The notes beneath the pieces are model-generated. The model saw only the letters and a list, made by a program, of their open reading frames with translations, did not search any database and was not told the DNA's origin. This document shows positions 1 through 12,000 of a stretch of 64,000 nt of DNA, piece by piece. The position numbers and the translations under genes were made by a program. The stretch spans positions 7,502,001-7,566,000 of the forward strand of contig CATNEN010000002.1 of the NCBI GenBank assembly GCA_950097015.1, in the 5' to 3' direction. Numbering within the stretch: position 1 is the stretch's first letter; the number at the start of each line of letters is the position of its first letter. Origin of the DNA: Macrostomum hystrix. Its lineage: Eukaryota > Animalia > Platyhelminthes.

Positions 1-9
1 CAATCCTGC

Positions 10-310
10 AATGTCCCGATCCCATTTCTGCAATTTCCCGATCCCCAATCCTACAATGTTCCGATCCCCAGTCATACAATATCCCGATCCCCAGTCATAC
101 AATATCCCGATCCCCAGTCATACAATATCCCGATTCCCAGTCATACAATGTCCCGATCCCCAGTCATACAATGTCCCGATCCCCAGTCATACAATGTCCC
201 GATCCCCAGTCATACAATGTTCCGATCCCCAGTCATACAATGTCCCGATCCCCAGTCATACAATATCCCGATCCCCAGTCATACAATGTTCCGATCCCCA
301 ATCATCCAGG
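10..310. repeat. 23-bp minisatellite (CCGATCCCCAGTCATACAATRTY)n
   Basis: About 13 tandem units visible directly; explains ORFs 11..361 and 148..516. Confidence 0.95.
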
Positions 311-373
311 ATCCTAATCAGCCTAGGTTTAAAACGCCATCCAAATCGTCAGGAATTCTGAAAATTCAAATAC

Positions 374-1149
374 CAATCAGAGCTCCGCTGTGCCGTCTTG
401 GGTTTCTGAGTATGATGAGGCTGCTGAGCAAGCTTCTGCTGCAAAGACAGCAGCTGCAGTATCCGCGGAGACGGTCGAACAACAATTGGCAGCTCAACAT
501 ATCCGAATGGACCTGACTTTGCTGTTTTGTTCAGTTTTTCTGAGGCCGGATGCGGCGGCGGTGGCGGCGTTTGCGGAGCGGTAGGCGTGGAACGGCAATC
601 GATCATGGATTCCGTCAGAGCTGCCACAGCTTCGGGACCTGCCATTAGGGGACAAGTGGGCATTTATGGACCAATGGGATTATAGACATCGCAAGCGGGA
701 AAAACTGGAGAAAATTTCAATCGCCGAAGCCACCATCCACCCACCTTCCTCCTCGCTGTTGCTGCTTTCATCGTCCGTGTCAGCGGCAGATCCGCCAGCT
801 CTGGCCACCCGTTCGATGACCGCAGCCAGGCCGGCTGCAATCTCCATGCCCTTCGTACCCAACTTCACTGGCCTCTTCTTTGTCTTCTTTTTGATTTCTT
901 CTTTTGGCAACAGCTTTTTCTCCATCTGCAGCATCTGCCTGTACATTAGCGCCTCGGTCTTGGTTGGAAATGGGCCCTTGGTATTGCTAGTGTCACAGTT
1001 TATATAAGCTGGCTGTGCATATGGATTGTCTAGACGAAGGTCCACCAAAACATTCAGATCCTGCTCAGAGGCTGAGTGGATGATTTTCTCTATGCGCTTC
1101 AGCATGTCTAAAAAATGTGGCATCTTTGCTTCTAGTCTGTAATGACGAG
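374..1149 (-). CDS. Two internal coding exons of an unidentified minus-strand gene (about 745-1149 and 374-638)
   Basis: Acceptor tttgcag precedes 1149. The frame reads RHYRLEAKMPHFLDMLKRIEK...DTDDESSNSEEE to donor GTGGGT at 744. Acceptor ctaatggcag precedes 638 and the phase-1 join continues GPEAVAALTESM... No family recognised; other exons unresolved. Confidence 0.55.
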
Positions 1150-1393
1150 CTGCAAACAGGAATTATTAGTTTTAGATTTCTTGGCAAATTTATGTCATGC
1201 AACTATTAAGTTGGCTAAATATACTTGTTCTATGATTAGATAGGCATTTATGGACTGAACAGCCACCTGTATTGTGTATTAATTTTGTAATGCTATACAT
1301 ATATAATAAGTGTGTAATATGCCTATTTAAGAACTAATAATCTTAAAAGGTAATTGAAGGTAAACACCAACATGTAGTTGCTTATTTAGTTAT

Positions 1394-1430
1394 GCCAATG
1401 CATTTCGACCTAACAGGTCATCTTCAGGGC
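1394..1430 (-). ncRNA. Minimal type I hammerhead ribozyme (Penelope type)
   Basis: Minus strand reads GCC-CUGAAGA-U-GACC(UGUUA)GGUC-GAA-AUGCAU-U-GGC. This gives the conserved core, helix II, palindromic helix III, an AUU cleavage triplet and helix I GCC/GGC. Confidence 0.75.
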
Positions 1431-1573
1431 TTTAACAAATAGCAGAGAGTCACACACAGCCAAATATATTTAGATGAACAAAACTGTACAATTCTGAGTG
1501 AGCATTTCAATCCAGTCCAGTTTTGTTCATCTAAATATATTTGGCTGTGTGTGACTCTCTGCTATTTGTTAAA

Positions 1574-1610
1574 GCCCTGAAGATGACCTGTTAGGTCGAA
1601 ATGCATCAGC
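1574..1610 (+). ncRNA. Second minimal hammerhead copy (helix I mismatch)
   Basis: Plus strand reads GCC-CUGAAGA-U-GACC(UGUUA)GGUC-GAA-AUGCAU-C-AGC. Cleavage triplet is AUC, with a C-A mismatch at the first pair of helix I. Confidence 0.6.
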
Positions 1611-3689
1611 ATAACTAAATAAACAACTATGTTTTGCTTTTTAAATAATTTCTCAGATAGTAATTTCATTTTTATAGGCTATATACCTTTACAAATAAAT
1701 TATCTGGTAAAGTACATATATATGAGAATAGGTCATTCCAAATAAACAAGATAGATTAGGGAAATGAATAAAGCATCGAGACTACAAATACTATTTACTA
1801 AATGTCTTAATCTTTTCTGTAATAGAGCTATATATGAATAAGAAATATATTGATGCCAACATTTTGTGCTTTCTCAGCCTCTCAACATTTCACTTCTTTT
1901 AGTTATAATTTTTTTTATTTAAATTTGCTTGTCCCTATTAAATATTAAAACAAAATCTGAATTACTCAAATCAAAGTAAAAACACCAAAAATAGCCTAAA
2001 TAAATTTAAACCATCCAACTGACTAAAGGCTATTTAAAATCAATTCCATTTTTTACTATCTGAAGCTATGTCTACTTGTACAAACATATATTAATATAAG
2101 AACATTGTTTTATTGAAACTTCAATTAGGCCTACCTAGACTTTGCATGGTTTTAATTTACCACTTGTCTTTTTCATATTTGCTAAACTTGTATTGCTATC
2201 AGTCAATGCACAACAGCATTTTTGTAGAACCAGACAATTAAGTATCTTGTCCACTACTAGACTAACTTTTTAGTTAGGCTTTTTACCAAAATGGGTGTAC
2301 GGTCATTTCATTTGCCACCTTCTTGTCTGCAGACAGACAAAATGACTATTTTTCCTAGCATTCTAACAAATTATAAATTATAAGACATTTATATAACTTT
2401 TAATATGAAGCTTGATGACATAATTATTTATTCTAACTAATGCCTACATTAGCAGATGAATGGACTATGACATATATTAACAGACAAAATGACAATATTG
2501 AATACTGGCAGATGAAAAGGGGGCAGAAAAAATGACTGTCAACCCTAAAATGTATTATATATATAGGCCTATTTATAACTGTAAGTATGGGTCTAGTAAT
2601 AAGGCCTATATTGCTATAACACATTAAACATTTTAATTGAAATGATTAGGTCTATGTCTACTAGAAATCTAAATACAAAAAATAATTTGAATATAAATAT
2701 GTAAATGTAGCTTTCTAAAGAATCAGAATGTTCAATGCAATGCAGTTTTGTAAGGGAAAAGGCTTCCAAATTACCTTTGTAGGTTTGAAATGAAGGTGAT
2801 TCTTATAAATTCTGTTGCTTTAAAACAATAATTTGCTGTCTTTTTTATAAATATGAATGTGATATTTAAATATTCTCTTGCCTTTAAACTAGACAGAGAA
2901 TTTAGAATTTGCTGTCTGTGTCTTTCTTCTGAAGACAGTTCTAATTGAAATTCAAAAGCACCAGTTATGATTTAATGTGAAAAATAAGGCCCCTAACTGG
3001 AACTTATTCAAATACCCGACAGAATTACTATTAGGCCTTATAATTAGAAAATACTACATGGAAATTTATAGGATATCTCTTGTAAAGCAATCTCCTGGTT
3101 CCGAAGGTCACATGGGTCCCACGTGCCTGTTGAAATTATTTTTTAACCCCTGTGCCCCTCACTGAATGTTTGAAATAGACGAACGACCCACAGCCTTTTA
3201 CCAAGCAAAGTCTTCGAGGTTCGCGAAGCCGCATGGTTTATAATCTTTGTTGAAATAGTTAGATTTTGCTCATGTTTAAATTGGAATAAAGAAAAAATTG
3301 TAAACACAATTAGGCTGCTAAAATAATGGCTAAAAGACCGAGAGTTTCAGGCAATACAATAAAATAAGTGGACGATAAAATAGCTCCATTTGCACAAATT
3401 AAAGATAAAAACCTTAAATATTACATATTGTGCGTTTAGATTGGTGGGCCATTAAAACGTTTCTTCGAAATTAACGTGAAACATCGGAAAATTTGCGAAT
3501 CTTTCGTAGAAGTTCAACTGGGCATTAGCAATTTTTTAATTTTAATTATTACAATGTAAACAGGTTACAGTTTTTTATTTTAAATGTCGATATTGAAATC
3601 GAAATCAAAATACCATACATGAATCAAAATACCATATGTAGCCTAGTAGTTTACTTCGATATTTATTTTTTTATTAATTTACACTCCGG

Positions 3690-4680
3690 TGCAAATATGC
3701 CGCAATCTCCGGGCAATGTTGGTCACCAGGCCAGTGCTCGTCTGGAGGTAAGTACGGTGAGCCGCGCCCTGCTGTTGCCTGTGTGCGTCTGCTAACTGTG
3801 GCAGGACAGGAAGTCGGCGAGGACATCGAAGCCCCAGGCGTCGCATCGGCGTCGTCGGGAACCCAATCGGTGTGGACGACTGAAAGGCCGCCTCCGTCGA
3901 GCTGCTGGCAATGCAGAACTGCCGGCCCATGCCTCTCTCCGGCTCTACCGGGTGGCGCCGGGGACCGTTTGACTCACCAAAAAATCGGGTCCCAGCTGTG
4001 ACAAATCGTGCGTTAAAGCTAGCTACGTTCAACTGCCGAACTCTTAAATCAACCTGACGCAGGGGCATGCTCGCGCAACTGGCCACTGACCTGCAGCTGG
4101 ACCTGGTCATGCTGCAAGAGGTATCAGTCGAGGCGTGGCGAGTCCCGAGGGTCGCCACTGAGGTGGCCCGCGTGATGAACGGCGTCTTGGCAGGAGGTTC
4201 TGCGCCCCCGCGAGTGGACTTTCGCCCACATCGTCGGAATCCCGAAGACGCCGGGAACCACACGGATGGAGGAATGTCGCGGGATTTCGCTTATGTCCTG
4301 TGCCGCGAAGCTGTTCAACCTGATGCTTTTAGTACGGTTACAGCCTGTGCTGGACCCGTACCTGCGGTACGAACAGAACGGGTTCCGGCCCCACCGCAGC
4401 ACAGTGACGCAAATCCTGGCCCTCCACCGCGTCATCGAAGAAGCGCGCATCCACCAGTTAATCCTGGTTGCTCTTTTCGTGGACTTTCGCCTGGCTTTCG
4501 ACTCGGTGGTACGTGACGCGCTGCCCCTGTTGCTCCGGGCCTACAATGTGCCGCAGCAGCTCATTACCGCCATCATGGCGCTGTACATGGACACCATCGC
4601 TGCGGTAGTGACGCCAGACGGCATGTCGGACCAGTTCAGCAAGACCTCCGGAGTTCTGCAGGGAGAAAGGCTCGCGCCAA
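3690..4680 (+). mobile_element. Decayed, internally deleted non-LTR retrotransposon (RTE-like; APE endonuclease start + partial RT)
   Basis: KLATFNCRTL...LDLVMLQE (APE N-terminus, with an in-frame TGA) joins directly to pre-RT sequence EWTFAHIVGIPK..CRGISLMSCAAKLFN..EQNGFRPHRST..FVDFRLAFDSV..SGVLQG. There is a frameshift near 4210, and the RT stops before the YADD motif. Confidence 0.9.
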
Positions 4681-6010
4681 AGGGAGGAGGGGTGGGGGCG
4701 CGTGACACTTAGGAGAGTCATAAATCATGTGGAAGGGACGGAGGTGGGCGCATTCTGGCAGGAAAAAGACACAAAAAGATGGTTTACGATCGAGAAGGGT
4801 TTTGACATCTCAAGGTCACAGACGATGAGTCATCGGGGGGGAGAGAAGGGAAGGGGAAGGGAAGGGACGCAGGGAAAGCAGGGAACGCAGGGAAGCTATC
4901 CTAAAAACTTTTATGCCCCCCCTGCAGTCGCTGTTAAATCATAATAGTTAAATTATTCACTTTCTATACTGTTAAAGTATTGTTATGTTTTACAGGTTGG
5001 ATCTATAGCTCGATCCGCAGCTTTCACGCATGCAGTGCTCACTTTCTGAGCAATGCTATTATTGTACAGCGCCCAGCTGTCTCGAGTGATCGACCGAGTG
5101 CACTTGCATGAAAACTGATTGCTAAGAGACCTGCTGCTGCAACTGCTGCAACGAGGATGCAAGTCAAGGTATAATACACGCAGTTTGTCCTCTCGCTACC
5201 TGTCGCTCAATCCTTAGTCCTCTACAATGCGCCATTATTTGCAAAGAACTAACAACAGCCATCCAGCTTGGCGGGAGTGAAAGAACAGAGAGGAGGGGGT
5301 TGGTGGCGATGGAGTGACTCTGGGACACAGTCCTCGCGGGAGCTGAAAGGACAAATGCCTGAATTTTTTTCTGGGATTTTGTCCGCAATAAGCTTCTCAA
5401 ATGAGGAGTGTTTTCTGGATGCAGCTACTGCATTGGTGGGATCAGCCTCGTTCTGAAAAAATTCCCTCGCTCCCTATTCCCACGATACCAATGCAGCGAA
5501 TGCCAAGCAGACGACCAGCTGGCCGGAGGGCTTCTGGAGACTTTGCAGCTGCGGACTTTGCTCGGGGGACGAGTTTTAGGATACGGGATGAGTTTGAGTT
5601 GGTGGGATCTCGGGAGGTTTGAGGAGGCGACGCTGCGGCTTCCAGCTGTGTTTCTTTTGTCTTCCCGGTCGCCGTGGCAACCAGAAATATTTCCTTCCAA
5701 CAGTCTTCGCTATTTGCCTCGTCTTTAGTCCTCGACCCACCAGCCGCCCCATGCCTCCTGTTAGCAGCTACATTTAGCTTCTCACAAATTTATCGACTGA
5801 TTCCTTCGCCAATTCCTGCTCTTCACTGGCCTAACAGGTTCGCCTGCACCGCAGACACCCTGCAAATCCATCGCTATCCATTGATTACTCACGATCAGCA
5901 GCAGAAGCAGCAAATACAGACGGCTGCCTAAGTGGAGCATCTTCTGGTTGTCTGAGATCTTTTAGCAACAAATCATGGTAGACACTGCTGAAAACACAGC
6001 TCGTGCCGCC

Positions 6011-9000
6011 ATGGCAGTAGCTCTCTGCCTATGTGCACTTCTAGCATGTAAGTTAATATAAACCCTTAAATATCAGACGTCATTGTACTGCTATTAGTAT
6101 CCCCTAGGCAGAAGGGACACGCCAAACAGCGGAAGACAATTTTTTAGAAGAAATGTAAATTATTAAAACCCCATGGTTGGCAACATCGCAGTAGGTAAAG
6201 CCAATAGTGGGAAACGTCGCTATAGAAAACGTCGCTGCGGGAAACGTCGCAGTGGGAAACGTCGCAGTGGGAAATGTTGCTATGGAAAACGTCGCTGCAG
6301 GAAACTTCGCTGTGGAAAACGTCGCTGTGGGAAAGGTTTCTGTGGGAAACATCGCTATAGAAAACGTCGCTGTGGGAAACGTCGCTGTGGGAAACGTCGC
6401 TGTGGGAAACGTCGCTGTGGGAAACATCGCTGCGGAAAACGTCGCAGTGGGAAATGTTGCTATGGAAAACGTCGCTGCAGGAAACTTCGCTGTGGAAAAC
6501 GTCGCTGTGGGAAAGGTTTCTGTGGGAAACATCGCTATGGAAAACGTCGCTGTGGGAAACGTCGCTGTGGGAAACGTCGCTGTGGGAAACGTCGCTGTGG
6601 GAAACGTCGCTGTGGGAAACGTCGCTGTGGGAAACGTCGCTGTGGGAAACGTGGAAAACTTCGCTATGGGAAACGTCGCCGTGCATGAAAAACGTCGCCG
6701 TGCATGGGAAAGGTTTCTGTGGAAAACATCGCTGTGGGAAACGTCGCTGCGGAAAACGTCGCAGTGGGAAACGTTGCTATAGAAAACGTCGCTGCGGGAA
6801 ACTTCGCTGCGGGAAACGTCACTGTGGGAAATGTTTCTGTGGAAATCGCTATAGATATAGATATAAATGTCGCTGTGGGAAACGTCGCTGTGGGAAAGGT
6901 TTCTGTGGAAAACGTCGCTATAGAAAACGTTGCTGTGGGAAACGTCGCTGTGGGAAACGTCGCTGCGGAAAACGTCGCAGTGGGAAACGTTGCTATAGAA
7001 AACGTCGCTGCGGGAAACTTCGCTGCGGGAAACGTCACTGTGGGAAATGTTTCTGTGGAAATCGCTATAGATATAGATATAAATGTCGCTGTGGGAAACG
7101 TCGCTGTGGGAAAGGTTTCTGTGGAAAACGTCGCTATAGAAAACGTTGCTGTGGGAAACGTCGCTGTGGGAAACGTCGCTGCGGAAAACGTCGCAGTGGG
7201 AAACGTTGCTATAGAAAATGTCGCTGCGGGAAACTTCGCTGCGGGAAACTTCGCTGTGGGAAACGTCACTGTGGGAAATGTTTCTGTGGAAATCGCTATA
7301 GATATAGATATAAACGTCGCTGTGGGAAACGTCGCTGTGGGAAAGGTTTCTGTGGAAAACGTCGCTATAGAAAACGTCGCTGTGGGAAACGTCGCTGTGG
7401 GAAACGTCGCTGTGGGAAACGTCGCTGTGGGAAACGTCGCTGTGGGAAACGTCGCTGTGGGAAAGATTTCTGTGGAAAACGTCGCTATGGGAAACGTCGC
7501 CGTGCATGGAAAACGTCGCTGCGGGAAACGTCGCTGTGGGAAACGTCGCTGTGGGAAACGTCGCTGTGGGAAGCGTCACTGTGGGAAACGACGTTGTGGG
7601 AGAGACCGTGTCGGGAAGCGTCTATGTCCGCTAGAATTATGTATATTTTAAACTTCGATATGGGACACCTCGTGAATTTGTTTACCATTTCAAAGAATTA
7701 TTGTCATAAATTATCTCCATAGTTGCGAATTTTAGGACAAAATTAAGTTGTGTTTAAGCTACCTGTTTTACCGAATACGCTTGAAAGAAATTTAGTATAA
7801 ACGACCACGTTGCATTTGAACTAGCTCAGACGCAGTGAAAATTAAGGCAATGCTGTCAGTAGCATGTTAATGACTGACAGGTGTTGCGAGTTCCCATGGG
7901 GTTGTGCCGTGGGCAATCAAATACGATATCAAATCGATCGATAAATCCAAGCTAACTGACAAAGTGAAATTTTTTCAGACGCATTTTTGCCAAGGCACTG
8001 GCGGCTGTGTATTAACTCGTCTAACAATTAAGCTTAGGGGTAGACTTAGGTGCCTGTCAGATGAAATGCTAACTATTTATTTATGAAGGCCCAATTTAAA
8101 ATGATTTCAGGCGGCCCAACACCCATTGCTGGACAGTCTAACGTCCTGAGGCCCAACGTCTCGTGGGCCTGCGGTGACGCCTCCTGGAACTACTACCCGC
8201 TGTCCGGAAAGTGCTACAAGCGCTTCGACACGAACTCGCAACCCGCGAACCGCTCAGTTGCCCTGACGCAGTGCGCCAGCATTGGCGCTCGACTGATCCA
8301 GCTGAGCAGCAGAGCAGAGTCCATGGACTTCTTTCGCTACTGCATCAAGGCCGAGGCTACGGGAAGTAGCATCTGGACTGACGCGATCTACAATGGTTTG
8401 TCAAGCACTTCTGGGTCATTGCTCGTCACTTTAGTTTGACATGGATCCTATCACATGGCCTAGATCCTAGGGGGTTGAGTGGCGGAGTGTTCGTCTCTCT
8501 CATCTCAAGGTAACTGAGCTCAAACACTTAGCAAGGCCACATTAATGTCGGGTGCCGCAACGGAGAGAAGGCTAAGGATTTTGTCGTGCAGTTAAATTTC
8601 TTGGCTTGAAGAGAAGGCTTGAGTTGTGACTTATACTAAAATATGGGGGGTCGGTGGCATAGCGGTTAACGCATTTGGCTCTCGCACCAAGGTCCCTGCA
8701 TGAGCTCGTTTCGGCTGCGAGGCCGCGTTCACTTGGGGCGCAGCCGAGGAGAGAATTGCTTGTCATGAAATTTACACCCTTGAGGGCCAACCTCCAAGGC
8801 ACAGTGAAATTGTACACAGCCTGACGATGAGAAAGTCAGGGCAGATGTACACACCTGTGTGGTGTGTGCCTGCGTACGGTAACTGATTTTGTGTGCTAAG
8901 GAGTCAGCGAAATGAACAGAATTGCCTCCTCGTTTGGCTGCGGGTCTAGTGTCACCATTGCCCGATTGCCCTCCTGCAATAATTGTTACTATTATACTAA

Positions 9001-12000
9001 CCTATGAAACCCTTCTCGTGAATTCGCAGACACATCCGGCAAGTGGCTGTGGCAGAGCAGTGGGCAAGAAGTGTCGAACTCATCTTGGGACTCGAAATCC
9101 CCGCGCGACGGAAACTGCGCCTTCTTCACTGTCACCTTCAGCGCCGCCAACGCCGAGTGGAGCCAGAGCAGCGGCCTGTCCAGGATGGACTGCGGCGCCA
9201 GGCTAGCAGTATTCTGCGAGAAATCTGGTGAGCCGGAGGGGGTTTAACTGGGTCAACCGCAGATAAAGAGTGCCTGCATTTTTTACTGTTTCAACGATTC
9301 CAGCCAGCAAGTGCGACACCAGCACCCTCGGGAGCCGGTACAACAGCCTGAAGATGCGACTGTCCAACATCAGCTACGGCGTTGAGTTCTTAGAAAACAG
9401 CGCCAACTACGGCCAGCTGTTGAACGTGCAGTGCCGACCCGGTTTCTACCGGGCGAGTGATAGCCTCACTTCCAAGGTGACGTATCCGCCAACTCCGGAG
9501 GGCCTGCTGGCCAATCAGCTTTACTGCTTCAGCAACAACACCTTTGCCAGCAACGTCATTGAGGAATGCAATCGTAAGTGATACGTCTTTTTGTTTGTAT
9601 GAGCGTTGCCTTGGATAAGAAGAGAAGTACGAGCGTGCTTCGTAGCATCAGTATGGCTGTTCTCAAATAAGTTTTAGTATGTATGAACTAGCAAAAGTAA
9701 CCCCCCAAAATTATTTTAAAAACATCTGACTGCAAAATAACCTATTCGCTTTTGCTAAAAACGCTCAAGGGTCGGCAAACTCCGGCCTGCGGGCCAGATG
9801 CGGCCCTCGATGCTCCTAAATCCGGCCCGTTGCCCCTTCCGACACCTACAGTATCCTGTTTCCTATTTCACCAGTCTCTTCTCTCCTCGGTCTCGTCTCT
9901 CCCGTTTCTCATTTCTTTCGTGTCTCTTTCGTTAACGCAGAGATCCGCTGCAATGCCACCATGCTGAAGACCGACCTGAAGATACCCCACGTGAAGCCGT
10001 ACGAAAGCAGCCTGGTTTTAGGCTTCTACAACTATACGGACAGCTTCAGCGTTGACTGCACCAGGGGCTACGTGTCCTACACCAACATCTCCAGCGTGAA
10101 GAGCGAGGTCGCCTGCGGCCAGAACTGGATCGACAAGACTCAGGGCGAGTGGCAGCCACCAGATCTTAACACCTGCACAGGTGAGCTAGTGATGAATTTT
10201 GCCATGAAATCACGGTGAAAAATCTATCGAATGGAGCTTCCGTTTCGCTTACTAACATTGGCTGTTAATTTCAGCCGTGCGATGCGAGAACATCCAGAAT
10301 GTGATCAACCAGAACTCCGTGTCCTACAAGGCCTACAACCGGGAGGACACGCGCGAGTACGGCGAGTTCCAGATCTCCAGCTTCCCATTCTACCCCAATC
10401 AGGTCAGCATTAAGTGCAAGCAGGACGGCTACTTCTTCGAGGATCGGCAGTTTGACAAGACCATCAAGTGCGATCTGAGCAATGGAAGCCTCATCGCCGG
10501 AGAGTGGATCGGCATCTACGGCACCGACCTCAAGAACCTCAAGACCATCAACTGCAAGCGTGAGTACTGCTTCACAGCAAAAAGCAACCTGTACAGGGTT
10601 CTAGCAGACACAACTGGCCACCTCCCTCAGTGTTCTAGCAGACACAACACTGGCAACCTCCCACAGGGATTTAGTTTACATATACCAGGAAGGTTTAAAA
10701 AAATCGCAATAGGCGTACTAATAGTTACACTTTACCTATCAAACACCCTCAGCCGTCAGCTGCTTGTCTGACAGCCTGTTACCACGCAGTCTAGACGCGA
10801 CCACGTTGATCACGAGCAAGAACTTCAAGAACAATGTCACTATTCTCTTCGGCAACGGCACGCGGATCACTGTCACCGCCAGCGCCGTCAACGTTCCCGA
10901 CGAGTACCCGTTCGCCTCCATCATCGCATTCCAGTGCACCGACACCTCCGACACGGGCGTTGGCGAGCCTATCGCTTACTGCAAGAGCGACGGCACCTGG
11001 AATGTCAGCCAGCTGCCCAGCTGCATCCGTAAAAACTTTGGCAATCAAAATCAACCTCCTGACTTAAATTCATGCACCAATATTGAAGCAATGCTCACCA
11101 GCCACTCCCTGCAACACCAGCCACTCCCTGCAACACCAGCCACTCCCTGCAACACCAGCCACTCCCTGCAACACCAGCCACTCCCTGCAACACCAGCCAC
11201 TCCCTGCAACACCAGCCACTCCCTGCAACACCAGCCACTCCCTGCAACACCAACCACTCCCTGCAACACCAGCCACTCCCTGCAACACCAGCCACTCCCT
11301 GCAACACCAGCCACTCCCTGCAACACCAGCCACTCCCTGCAACACCAGCCAATCCCTGCAACACCAGCCACTCCCTGCAACACCAGCCACTCCCTGCAAC
11401 ACCAGCCACTCCCTGCAACACCAGCCAATCCCTGCAACACCAGCCAATCCCTGCAACACCAGCCACTCCCTGCAACACCAGCCACTCCCTGCAACACCAG
11501 CCACTCCCTGCAACACCAGCCACTCCCTGCAACACCAGCCACTCCATGCAACACCAGCCACTCCCTGCAACACCAGCCACTCCCTGCAACACCAGCCACT
11601 CCCTGCAACACCAACCACTCCATGCAACACCAGCCACTCCCTGCAACACCAGCCACTCCCTGCAACACCAGCCACTCCCTGCAACACCAACCACTCCCTG
11701 CAACACCAGCCACTCCCTGCAACACCAGCCAATCCCTGCAACACCAGCCAATCCCTGCAACACCAGCCACTCCCTGCAACACCAGCCACTCCCTGCAACA
11801 CCAGCCACTCCCTGCAACACCAGCCAATCCCTGCAACACCAGCCACTCCCTGCAACACCAGCCACTCCCTGCAACACCAGCCAATCCCTGCAACACCAGC
11901 CAACTGAACACCCACAGAGAAGACTGCTAGCTTGGACTTGGCAGGCAAAAAGCACTATGTGCCACCAGCCAAGGAGGCGGACAGCGCCCAGAGCATCGGG

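Larger units (their letters stand above)
1375..1629. mobile_element. Palindromic (fold-back) element derived from a Penelope-like pLTR: 112-bp inverted arms, 31-nt spacer
   Basis: 1375-1486 is the reverse complement of 1518-1629 with 3 mismatches. Each arm carries CCTGAAGATGACC..GGTCGAAATGCAT, a motif typical of Penelope-like element pLTRs. Confidence 0.75.

Noticed and set aside
2290-2329. Small minus-strand exon candidate (DKKVANEMTVHPF) for the left-edge gene
   Set aside because: Splice sites look good, but its phase does not match the exon starting at 1149 and I found no bridging exon.
5164-5931. Cluster of short overlapping ORFs upstream of the lectin gene
   Set aside because: No recognisable domain and no consistent splice model; may be 5' UTR or decayed TE.
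8819-8845. CTGACGATGAGAAAGTCAGG in the SINE resembles a hammerhead core
   Set aside because: There is no room for helix II or III; it is explained as the apex of a simple hairpin (CTGAC/GTCAG).
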